Source: Convolutriloba macropyga
Taxonomy: Eukaryota
Length of the DNA stretch: 64,000 nucleotides
Reading direction: 5' to 3'
Assembly: GCF_964194025.1 (NCBI RefSeq)
Contig: NC_134481.1
Location: 32,984,001 to 33,048,000, forward strand
Shown: one piece after another, positions 49,801 through 61,010 of the stretch
Layout: each line of letters starts with the position of its first letter
Numbering within the stretch: the stretch's first letter is position 1
Notes under the pieces: generated by a model
Database searches by the model: none
The model's input: the letters and a program-made list of their open reading frames with translations, nothing else
Told to the model about the DNA's origin: nothing
Made by a program: the position numbers and the translations under genes

Positions 49801-52757
49801 TGCCTAAATGATAAGCTACTAGCAGGACCTGATCTGCTACATGGATTGATTGGAACAATATTTAGATTCCGTGAAGGACCAATAGCCCTAACAGCTGACA
49901 TCGAATCGATGTTTCTACAAGTGCAAGATCCCGAACAGGACAAAAGTTGCTTGAGGTTCTTATGGCGTCCTAGAACAAACGAACCCGTTCAGATATACGA
50001 ATATCAGCGTCATGTTTTTGGAGCTAAGAGTTCTCCAACTTGTGCAAACTATGCTCTCAAGCGAGTGGGACTGGATAACGAAGAAGAGTATCCAATAGCA
50101 ACAAAGACAATACAAAACAACTTCTACATGGACGATTTCATCAATTCAGTAGAAACCCCTGAAGAAGCAATTGAAGTCTTCAATCAACTACAACCTCTTC
50201 TCTCACAACTTGGATTTGCACTGAAGAAATGGATAAGCAATAACGATGCAGTTACCAAAACAATCCCAGAAGACTTGAAGTCAATCAGCAACACGAAGCA
50301 AGTCGAAGTGGAACCCAATACATAGGGATCCTCAGTGCTAGGACTGCAATGGACCGTATCTGATGACAGTCTTCAAGTATGCAGAGGTACAAACAAGGAA
50401 GTTGAAGCACCTATAACCCAGAGGAAGGTTCTGTCACTGGTATCTTCTGTATTCGACCCGATCGGATTGTTTGCTCCGTTCAGTGTTCATATGAGACGAC
50501 TTCTGAAAGGCATCTGGACTAAGAATGGACAACGTTGGGACAACGAAGTGGAGCCTAGCGAAGAATTCCTGAGATGGAAAGAACAACTTCCAATAGTGGC
50601 TGAAACAAGCATCGATAGAAGGTACTTCAACAAAGAGAGGGATAGGATAAAGCCGAACTTCATGTGTTTGCTGACGCATCTGAAGACACGATGTGTGCAG
50701 TAGCCTATCTACGTTCACAACCAAAAGAATACTCAGCTGACTTAGCATTCGTCATTGGAAAATGCAGAGTGGCACCGATGAGGCATCTTTCAATACCACG
50801 ATTGGAATTGCAAGCTGCAGTCATGGCAGTGAGGTTGAAGGAACAGATAGTCAAGGAACACGAAATGAAGATAAATAGTTGCAGCTTTTGGTCAGACTCA
50901 ACTACAGTATTGCAGTGGATACACAGTTCCCATCGTAAACAACAAGTGTTTGTGGCCAATCGATGGCTGAGATACTAGATACAACTGATGTTTCACCGGA
51001 AACATGTGAGCGGTATCAACAACCCGGCGGACATTGGCACCAGAGCAATCAACATTGAAGAACTCAAGAGAAGTGAGTGGCTCACTGGGCCGGCCTGGTC
51101 GAAGCGACCAGAAAGGGAATGGCCAGAGCAAGTGAACCTAATCTTTGCATCAGATAAAGAGAATATACCCTCATCAGTCTTCATGATACAGGCTGAAGAA
51201 AAAAAGCTCTTATTCAGTGGGAACGATTCAGTAACTTTAACAGACTAGTTAACACAGTAGCATACGTACAGAGAGCAGTGAACAAACACAAACCAGCAAC
51301 GCTCGTAGTCAGCATTGAAGAAAGAGAAAAAGCAAAAGCAACTATCTTCAAACTACTACAGCAAGAACAGTATAGTGAAGAGATGAAATCTCTCAAAGCT
51401 GAAAAGGAAATTCCAAAAGGCAGCAAAATTCTACAGTTCTCACCCTTCCTAGATGACGAAGGACTTATTCGAACCAAAGGCAGAATAGGCAAACGTCAAT
51501 TGGACTTCAATGCAAAGCATCCGATATTGCTACATTGGAAACATCATGCGGTTGAATTATTCTTGCGAAACGAGCACAAGCACAATCAACACGAAGGCAC
51601 TGAGCATGTAAGAAACATTGTTCAGCAGATGTTGATCCTAGGCATACGGAACGCCTTAACATCAATCAAGAAGAAGTGCGTTACCTGCAGAAAAGGCAGA
51701 GCACAAACGACAGCACCAGTCATGGCAGATCTACCCGAAGAGCGGTTAGATGCTTCAACAGCCTTTTCAAATGTTGGAGTTGACTACTTTGGCCCTTTCA
51801 TTGTGAAGATTGGGCGAAGGAACGAAAAGTGATGGTGTTGTCTCTTTACATGTCTAACTATGAGAGCGGTGCACATAGAAGTGGTACCCAAGTTAGACAC
51901 AGATAGTTGTCTCAATGCAATAATGAGATTTATTGCTCGAAGAGGCAAACCGAATACGATCATCAGCGACAACGGGACAAATTTTGTTGGAGCTGAAAGA
52001 GAGTTTGCAGAGTACGTTGCGGCATGGAACGAAGAAGGGATCGAAGGACATCTAAGTCAACGAGGGATCAGATGGAAGTTCAACCCACCCGCAGCACCTC
52101 ACTTTGGAGGAGTATGGGAGCGGTTGGTGAGAAGTTGCAAGAAAGCAATGTATGCAGTGTTGGGGAACAGATCAGTCACCGAGGCCGTTCTTTCAACAAC
52201 GATGTGTACTGTTGAGCAGACTTTGACCGTTGACTCCAGTCAGTTCAGATGTGAATGACTTAGAAGCATTGACCCCCAATCACTTCTTGCTTGGCAACAA
52301 GAAAGTTTGCTTACCCTATCTACCATGCGCAGAAGACTTTGTGGATCATCGAAAACTCTTTCGACAAACTCAAGCATATGCAAATCTCATATGGGACAGA
52401 TTTCGTAAAGAATATCGGCAAACTCTGAATAATCGGAAAAAATGGCGATCTACAGCAAATGAAACCCTTAAAGAAGGCGATCTCGTTTGGTTGATCGAGG
52501 ACAGCGATAAGCGTGGATATTACAATCTAGGTCGAGTTACGGAGACCATCGATGGGTCTGACGGTGTGATTCGATCAGCTATAGTTCGAACGAACGACGG
52601 AGTGTACAAGAGACCAGTAGTGAAGCTCGCCCCAGTACTAACTGGAAAAGATGTTTTCACGAGGGAAAACAGGGCCGGCGATATGGCGGCTGAGCTTACT
52701 AACTCAATTACCAAATTGAATAGCGCTTCAAGGCCATTTCAAGCCTTTATAGCGTGA
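46810..52757 (+). pseudogene. Disrupted BEL/Pao gag-pol polyprotein
   Basis: FDGNPLEWPEW gag, three zinc knuckles, AFLDSGS protease, YLPHHPV/FYMDD RT, FADAS RNase H, VDYFGP/SDNGTNF/GGVWERLV integrase and LTPNHFL C-terminus. In-frame stops (47878, 50323, 51830) and several frameshifts. Confidence 0.93.
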
Positions 52758-53602
52758 CAAGCGAAATTTAATGCTACATTCTATCGAAGCCAAACGGATT
52801 TGTTCATTTTGTTCAACATTTATATTTAGCAACTATTATTAGTACACAATCGTCATTCATGAAGTAAAACTCAAACTCGAACTACCTAAACCACCAGCAA
52901 AACAATACTACGACTTAACAGTATTGCATCAGATTCTTTGCGATTGGATTGCGAATCAACCTGTTATTGATAGAGAATATTCGACAAAAGTTCTACATGG
53001 TTAACAAACTTCCCATGACATCAAATTTACACTGAAAAGGTGACGTTATGGAAAAGTGTTCACATTCTGTCGACATTATTATCTACAACCAATCAACAGT
53101 TGAATTTGACATGTAAATCCACGTGACTAGCAGCATAAAAGGAGCTTGAAAAACTACCAAAAATCAGTTGAAACTTGCAATTTTGGTTATATTAAACTGA
53201 CATACAGTGCGTATTGAAGCACACTTTCTTGAGCGGTAAATTAGTTGTTATCGTGTCTTGTTTCTGTAGATCATATTAGTGATTGTACAGTTTTAACTTA
53301 ACTTTGACTTGTGAATCGAGAATTAACTTTGATATTCTCAAAACTTTCTTTCTGGGGAACAAAGTTCCTAAAATTATTTTGTTATTCTGAGAGAAACAAG
53401 TTTGTTATACAGCAAAGCTGAGCAATTAGTTATCAGGAGTAATTGAGCAACAAGTAATGCAACGGCATTCTACAGTATAGCGGATAATACAGTTCACAAA
53501 AGTTAACTGCAAAAACACAACATCCGGACAGATTTGAAACCTCTGAAACAAACTGGTCGGTGTAAAGTTTTCCTTGACTTTGATAGGAGAGCAGCCGTTA
53601 CA
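52682..53602 (+). repeat. 3' LTR (921 bp)
   Basis: Starts TATGGCGGCTGAGC (TG mutated to TA) and ends GCAGCCGTTACA. Confidence 0.95.
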
Positions 53603-54501
53603 TTTTCATAGTTTGTATTGAAATTAAAGTAAAAAACGGAACAATCTAAGAATATTTTTAAAAGTTGCTCTCAAATAACAGCAGTTCTATTAAAATCACA
53701 ACGGCAAACCCGATGAAACCAATAGGCTTCGATCTTCTAAGGAGAATAAATTGGAAAAATCGGACCCTGTCTGTAGTTTGTGAGCATTATTTCGATCGTA
53801 TCTGGTTTTTTTTTATATTTCAAGCTTAACGAATCGAGTACAACGGCGTTTACGTTTTGAAATCAATTGAAATACATATGACAGCTTTTCAAATGTCAAA
53901 GAAGACTGACCATAGGCTGAAGTCACTTAGTTCAGAGTTAAATAATTCTTCGTGCAAATTTTTTATTCTTTTAACGACACTAAACAGCTTCATATTCTGA
54001 GCATTTTTTGTGTTTAGGAAACTAGGCTGAATGGAGATTCAGTGCTTATATTATCAATTGTGATAGCGCAAAAGAAAGATATTCAAGGCCGAAAAAGTAA
54101 ATAGGAAAACAAGATCTGTTCAGCAAAATTTTTAAAAGTCATAAACGACTACAATAATTACTACCAAAATTGCTCCAGAAAAATGAGTAATCTGATAATA
54201 TACAGTCGCTTAAACTTTTAGGATCAAATCATACGGCAGAAACACTATTTCGTAACACCCACAGATCTCCAATGCTTGCTAAAAACTTAACTTCAGCGCA
54301 AATTTTTAGCACCTGTAAAACAGTTCCATCTGTAAAGAACAGATTATTGGAAACATTTTTCTCATTATTTTGAGTACATTATTTGGATCTTTTCCGTTTG
54401 TGTCCCTCCCCCCCCCCCCCGAACGTTATGCACACCATAGTAACAGAGCACGTGCTACCATATAGTAAATCATTATTTTAAAATATGGCTGGCACGTGCG
54501 T

Positions 54502-54504
<3 letters not shown>

Positions 54505-54536
<32 letters not shown>
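54505..54536. repeat. (TG)n microsatellite
   Basis: Perfect TG run. Confidence 0.95.
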
Positions 54537-54537
<1 letters not shown>

Positions 54538-54643
54538 TGGGGGGGGGGGTCACAAACAAAAAGATACATTAATTCCATTTCAGTCAACATTCCCGACATC
54601 AACCGAAGCATCCGCAAAGTGTGCAAAAGGCGATGATACTTAC

Positions 54644-54819
54644 TCCACGCTATTAACCAAATTTTTCAACTGATCTGGAGAAATTCCAAACAACTCCAGT
54701 CTTAGATCCTTCAGCAAAACACCGATATCACCAACTTCACTTTCAGATAGACTTGACACGCTCACGCTCTTTTTTCTCGCCGCTTCTGCTATTCGTTTTA
54801 TAAGGAAATCCCGAGTCAT
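54644..54819 (-). CDS. ADO: ADO exon 1
   Basis: MTRDFLIKRIAEAARK..LLKDLRLELFGI resembles the vertebrate ADO N-terminus (MPRD..LIQRIARQA..LLTQLRAEDLNI). Consensus donor GA|GTAAGT in phase 2 joins exon 2 in frame; the spliced protein is 255 aa. Confidence 0.8.
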
Positions 54820-55357
54820 TAGTAAACGCAGGAAACACCAGTTGAACTTTTTGCCCCATTTTCTTCCACTATGACCATAGCAACAACATTGATTGTTTAA
54901 TATGAAAAGTTGAAGATATATTGCCCCATTTCTCAAAAGTTGGACCTCCCAGCCCCTTGACATTTAATTTAATTTTACTTCCCCCTAAGCGCACGTTCTA
55001 TTTTTTACATAAAAACTGCTATGTAACAGATCATAACTTGTACTGTGATGGGGTTATAACGGAGATTGGAGGGTGGCAGAACAGATTTAATCTAACTTGT
55101 TAGCGCAAAAAAATAGTTGGCTACGCTGACGGATGGTAATTAAGTGGCGGTCTAGGAACACTTTTTAATGATAGCACAGAATTAAGATATAAAGCAATAG
55201 AATGGTTAATGGGCAAAAAGTTTTTACGTCTTTTAAGGGAATTTTAAAAATATCATCAATCTCTGCTTGGTTCCAAGAATTAAATCGGAAATTCAATGAA
55301 AGTTATCAAAAGGCAAAAGTAAAGTTAGGTTTCTAAAGCCATAGACATCTTAGAGAA

Positions 55358-55510
55358 CCCAAGGTACAATTTTATTGGTCACTAAAAGGCTGAGAGCTTA
55401 GTTTGAAAGTTTGAACTTTGAGTTAAAGAAGTGAAAGTCTAATTTTTTGTCCTAAGCTTAGTTTCCTGTAGGACACTAAGTTTAGGATAAATTAGACTTT
55501 CACTTCCTGA
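55358..55510. mobile_element. Palindromic MITE-like element, copy 1 (right arm truncated)
   Basis: Hairpin GAAGTGAAAGTCTAATTT..CCTAAGCTTAGT..CCTGTAGG..ACTAAGTTTAGG..AATTAGACTTTCACTTC. Its left arm matches the reverse complement of 58590-58649. Confidence 0.65.
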
Positions 55511-56389
55511 ATCAAACCACTATAAATAATCATCCGCTTTGCTAACATTTTATTTCCCATTGACAAACATTTCTGATATTTTTTCTATAGAGAAAGTTAC
55601 TCAAAATAAAACAATGTTTAAGGTACACGTTTGAGCAAATACACGCCTTTCCAATGCATTACCTCTATTACCGCCTTTACTATTATTTAAAAAAACCGTT
55701 ATTTGCATCTGAGTATTGATTGTCTGAAAAAACGCAGAACTATTTTGACTTAAATAGGTGGTCTAAAAATTCCTACCATTAAATTTTTGATTACCGTCCT
55801 GCTCCGTTTCAAATCGGAAAGGCCTCAAATCAACTATGCACGTTATGTTCATTATGCACGTTAAAACGTAATTCTATATGGCCCACGGACTAGTGCACTG
55901 ACAAATGGACGCTACAAAATTACCTTTCGCGCCACAAAAGGAATTAATGTTGTATTCCTAATACACAAAAGGTGAAAAAAGACTAGTTCTGGTCTCATAG
56001 GAAAGTGTACTATCAAAAAAATTCAAATTCTATTTGAGAGCTCTTTTCCTAGAAATTTAATATTTTTCTCAAGTCACCTAGAGACCAGTCACTTTTCATA
56101 TCGAGGTTCCGTTAGTGACAACCTGAATTACAGTCTAATGAAGCACAATAACAAAAATTTAGTTTTCAAGGAATCAATCGTGTTTTTTTGGCTTCGACTC
56201 GAGTTTTTGTAATTTTAAATGAAATTTTGATTTTCTAATTGAGGTTTTACTAAATTTGTGGAGTCCTATGGCTTGCACTCGTTGACAAAAAGTGCAATAG
56301 TTTCCGAAATTAGCACTAAGTGAACCTATCTAGAGCTTTAACTGGACAGCTAATGGCTGTTAAAGATTTAAAAATGATATTTCGCGAAT

Positions 56390-58112
56390 TTTTTTAACAT
56401 TAACATATCATAAACTTGTTTTCGTGAATTGTAAGTCAGTCTCAGTAATGACAGGACCCTCTTCCGTTCCACTGCAACCAAAATTAATCTGACTAAAGGT
56501 TTTATCTTCTAACTATTTGTTAAATGACTTCAATGCAACAAGATTTCAAAATTTTTCAAAAATTTTTTTGGATATTTTCGTAATATTGGATCCTCTTGAA
56601 ATCTTATCACATTATCCTGATATTGATATCGCCCATTGGCTTAGTGAACATTTTCAATTGATCATGGATAAAGTTTGCCTGTTTTTGTTGTTGTTGTTTT
56701 CATAGTCAATGACTTATCGTGAAGTCATATTGATGACCTGCGAATGACGAACGTCTTTGTCGTCTCATCTAGGCGTAACCTGGCGTATTTATTAGCTTCC
56801 TTTGAGAGCTATTGAATTTAATGGCGTTCTGACCTCGGGTTTTCTCTAAAATTTCGTGGTTTTAATGTATTTTTTCATGTTTGTGCATTTAGTGGAGTCA
56901 AATTGGTAAGAAGAAAAATCCCATAGTCGTTAATAAACTAAATCAAAGTAGAAAAGTTTTCACTGGAAAGTTCATTTTTTAATGGCTTCCACATATCTCT
57001 CGCTCATTTTTTTAAATTTGTTGTTTTTGCCTTTTTTTTATCATTCTTTAGGTAGCCATAAAATGCTGACCGATCTCATAAGCTTGTAATTGGCGATTGA
57101 ATGAATGATTTTACCCGAAGCAGTCGGTTTATAGCGAATAGTCTTAAATTGTAGGATACAAAAGATTTTTCAGGTTTTTTCATTTTTTCAGTTTGTTGTT
57201 CTTTTCGTCAACTTGTAACTTATTCTCATCATTGAGAGGTCCAGTAAAATTCCTTGTATTTTAAAAATTAACATGTTTACTGATATCATAACGTTACTGA
57301 TGTTTCGTTTGTTTGACAATATGCGTCTTCATAAAGTTATGTGAGTGGTGTATTTGTGTTTCTTTTTCTCTTCCTTTAGCACAATCGAGTAATAACAGAT
57401 CCCAATGATTTGCAAACGTGGCCCAATTGAACTTATTTGTTCATTCAGCATCTTTTTAGTTGAATTAGTACAGATAGAAAATGAAATAAAAGACTTAATA
57501 TTCAGATAAAAGCTAATGATTTTAATCGCTTCACTAATTTTTGTTTTCGCAATGATTGTAATTTGTTGTTCGTATTTTTTTGAGCTTTTCTACATGTTTA
57601 GTCCGTTCCTATGGCTTAGTCTAACCAAAGACAGGACCTATTGGTTTCATTCTGACTTTTTAACAAAATTATCAAGAATTATTTTGCTAAAAGCTAATGA
57701 TTTTTAATGATTGTAAATACTTTTGAAATTATTTGGTTTAACAAATGTTGATTGATTTTTTAATTTAGCATCAATATTTCTTCTGTTTGTTGACTTGTTG
57801 CCGGTTCTCATTAAGATAAATCCCATCTGCTGTTTGAGTTAGGAAAAAGAAAATCTATGTCGTTAGGGTTTTGTCTCATTGTAATTTGACGTTGTTACTA
57901 AGTGCTTTTTAGATATTGAGTTTTGTTTTTTTTTGCTATCTTTTTGTTGTTTTTTTCTCGTTGTCTTTTTAATGGCAGATCTCGTTGTAAAGATCTCGTC
58001 GTTTGATTATCTCTTTGTCAAAAATGTTGGTCAAAAGACATTTAAGTCAAAAATGTAGATGAGCGCGGGTCGGAACATCATGTGCGAACGCACATTAATG
58101 AGCCGCCTTGTT
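56390..58112 (+). mobile_element. Helentron/DINE-1-like family 1, copy D (5'-truncated, divergent)
   Basis: 3' end GCGGGTCGGAACATCATGTGCGAACGCACATTAATGAGCCGCCTTGTT. 56410-56480 resembles 2690-2770. The left boundary is approximate. Confidence 0.6.
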
Positions 58113-58485
58113 GAATATATTTCTCCAAGCAATTCTATGCAATTGCAAACTAACCGACTCGAGATTTTGGTACCTGACTTTTTCTATTGATTCTAAGCAT
58201 ATGTTAGATCAAAATCTTAGCCCCCCCCCCCTCCGACGGACTTAGTGCACTGACAAGGGGGCGCTGGCGACCAAGTGCTGTGGATGAGGCTTTGCAAGAT
58301 TTTGTTCCAACGTATTTAGAGAACCAAAGGGTACTAAAGTGTTGAGTTTCATTTGAAATTGAAGCTAAGAGAACAATTAGTGAAAGCAGTTTTCTTAAAA
58401 ATATACGGGAGTTGAAATAAACCAAACGTCTCCGATAGCAAAGCAACCAATTATTTAAGTGATTCAAGTGTCAAAAATGGATTTC

Positions 58486-58649
58486 TTAGTTTGAAAGGTT
58501 GAACTTAAGACTTGAAGAAATGAAAATCTAATGTTTTCGCCCTATAGGACAGAAAGTTTCAGACTTTTACTTCTTCAAGTCTATCTCTAATCTTTCAAAG
58601 TAAGCTCTCTGCCTCAAAGTTTTAGCGACAGATGAAATTATACCCTGGG
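58486..58649. mobile_element. Palindromic MITE-like element, copy 2 (left arm truncated)
   Basis: Centre CCTATAGG, arms AGACTTGAAGAA/TTCTTCAAGTCT, ends ATTATACCCTGGG. Confidence 0.6.
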
Positions 58650-59211
58650 CTGAATACTGCCTGATTATCTCTATTAATCAAATGCCAATTCAGTGAGCCA
58701 AGCAGAATACCATCCGCTATAATCAGGAGGCACTCAAATTGACTGAATTTGCTTACAGTCAAGTGACAACACATCTATAGACAAGTCACAGCACACGTAT
58801 AGGCAAGTGTTCGATAATTCAAATGCAGTTGAAGTTTTCTGGCCGACCCATAAGAAAAAACAAACGTTAAATTGACCAATACTAATAGGGCAGAAGAAAT
58901 CCCACTAAACCATATCAGATGTTTCGACTGCTAATTATACTATTAAACAGTGTCTTTTCAAAGATAGAATGGCCTTGCACTAGAGACTTCCAATTGGAAG
59001 ATTTTTAAAACAAGACTTGTATGTTACACATGTGATATATAATCAATCATACACCTACACGCCTTCTACCAGTAGCCGACTCAAAAGCTCGTGGATTAGA
59101 ATTTTGGATTTTCGATATTCTCTCTCCCTTGCGCCCAAATTTAACACTTGCACAAATGTATCCCAACCAAGGATACAATGATTGTTCATTTTCTGAGCGG
59201 TAACAATTTAT

Positions 59212-59725
59212 AACATAACCGACTAACGTCGGGCGAATTGCTCTCAGACGACCGATGAGCGGTTGGCTCCGTCAGTAGCCAGCCACGATTTAGTGAGGCT
59301 CGCTTTAGCTTGATTGAAGGGGCGTGAGGTGAGCGCAGCTCGGGGGGGGGGGGGGGGGGGTGCACTGCAAAGGTGGTGGGGGGGGGGGGGGGGGGTCACA
59401 GGGTTGGCAACGGTGGGAGGGCTACCTTTGGCTTCACGGTGCCCTTACGGCCTGAATGATGTTCAGGGGGGAATGATGTGGGGGTGGGGGAGGGATCAAT
59501 TTCCAAAAACCGCCCTTCACAACATTGAGTACAAGTCACCAAAACAGTTTGCGGATCGCATACTTGGAGACTGGTGAGCTGAAGGGCTCTAAGAAAACTT
59601 AATGCCCAATGGGCGCTACATCATTATTCATTTTCTATGGGCCATGAAAAATGAGTAAGCGAAAATTCGCATAAAAAAGACTAGGATTAATAAAAATGCT
59701 TCAAACTCTGTTTGAGAGTAAATAA
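59212..59725 (-). mobile_element. Helentron/DINE-like family 2 copy with an expanded G-tract centre
   Basis: Starts AACATAACCGACTAACGTCGGGCGAATTGCTCTCAGACGAC; colinear with 42530-43045. Confidence 0.72.
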
Positions 59726-59925
59726 AAACGATTTCTTTAAAAAAACGATAGTTTAGTCATTTATGATAAAACGTTTCCATTTTAATTCAGCGTAAATGGG
59801 TAATAGATGATGACATCACGTCAAATAGCAGCAGCTGATTGCGGCATCAACAAACGAGTTAAGGAAAGAGATAGAGTGAGAGATAAAACGTGAACAAGAA
59901 AGAGAAGGAAAGAATCCCAACCAAT

Positions 59926-59930
<5 letters not shown>

Positions 59931-59971
<41 letters not shown>
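59931..59971. repeat. (AG)n microsatellite
   Basis: Perfect AG run. Confidence 0.95.
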
Positions 59972-59973
<2 letters not shown>

Positions 59974-60789
59974 AGTAATATTTTCCATGAAGAGATTCGA
60001 CTTTGCAACTTTTAGTTATCTAGCCTTGTTAGTAATTAAATCACAGTAAAAAATGATAAGTGCAAAAATAAAAATTTTGACTTCGCAGTGAAAAAACTGT
60101 TCAAACAATTTGTCTCTTGAGTTGTGTCTTGTAACCCATATACAAAAGCTAAAAAGTTTCGTTGGGCAGTCATGATCGTTAAACTCAGAAAAAAAACAAA
60201 AAATCTCTAACAAAATCTTTTACTGGCTCAAAGATCCATAAACTTGGAACATAATAATTTTCCATAAAATTGAAAAAAAAATTATTAAAAGAAATAGCTA
60301 AAGTCATTTAAAATTTATAACCATTCCATTAACTCTAGAAACTATGCAGCAGCTTATTATCAAACCTTGGTGGAGATCCCTGGGCCCCGGTGCCGGAAAA
60401 AAGTTCAATATTCAAAATACTCAAATAATGCAAAATAACTTAAATAAATTTCTTAATTCGTTATATTAACATCTTGAAAAACATACCATTACCATTAGAA
60501 ACTATGCAATAACCTATTATCAAATCCTAGAGGAGGAATTTCTTGCTGAAATGCCAAATTTTCAAAACTAAAACTGTGAAATATAGTATAAATTTGCGTG
60601 TTTTTGATTAGAGTACCAAAACCAATAGCTCCTAAAATGAATAGCACTTAGGTCTGCAAAAGACCTTTATCAAAATTAACCAAACTCAATTTTAGACTGG
60701 TCCAACAAAATTTTGAACAATGACAAAAAAAAACAGAAACTGCAACGCTTTTGGCTCAAAAACAACTAAAAATGACATTTTAACCTTAA

Positions 60790-61010
60790 ACTATGGCCTT
60801 CCCAGTAGCTTCAGCACACTAAAGACTTGAATGACTACCAAACGCGGCTCACGCCCTCTAATAAAACTTAAAGCCCACTGGTCGCTGCCTGTTTATTCCG
60901 TTTTTAAGGACGAAATGTCAAATGGGTCAGACGAAAAATCGGTCAAGCCGGAGTCAAAAAAAATCTGTAATTGTAACAATTGTTACAAATTTCGTTTTCG
61001 AGCAATTAAT
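60790..61010 (-). mobile_element. Family 2 fragment (one terminus)
   Basis: AGGACGAAATGTCAAATGGGTCAGACGAAAAATCGGTCAAGC matches 42936-42978; ends ACAATTGTTACAAATTTCGTTTTCGAGCAATTAA. Confidence 0.6.

Larger units (their letters stand above)
45833..53602 (+). mobile_element. Full-length BEL/Pao LTR retrotransposon in ADO intron 1 (antisense to ADO)
   Basis: Two LTRs, 5-bp TSD TTTTC (45828-45832 and 53603-53607), PBS TGGTCCGCCGACCCGGA at ~46763, PPT before 52682. Domain order is gag-PR-RT-RH-IN. Confidence 0.97.

Noticed and set aside
46586-52714. Many short minus-strand ORFs within the BEL element, and plus-strand ORFs opposite NDUFS3, the ETNPPL-like gene, ADO and CRE
   Set aside because: Antisense shadows of real coding frames with no independent motifs.
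54640-54963. Stand-alone 107-aa ORF
   Set aside because: Better explained as ADO exon 1 starting at the internal ATG 54819 with a GTAAGT donor.
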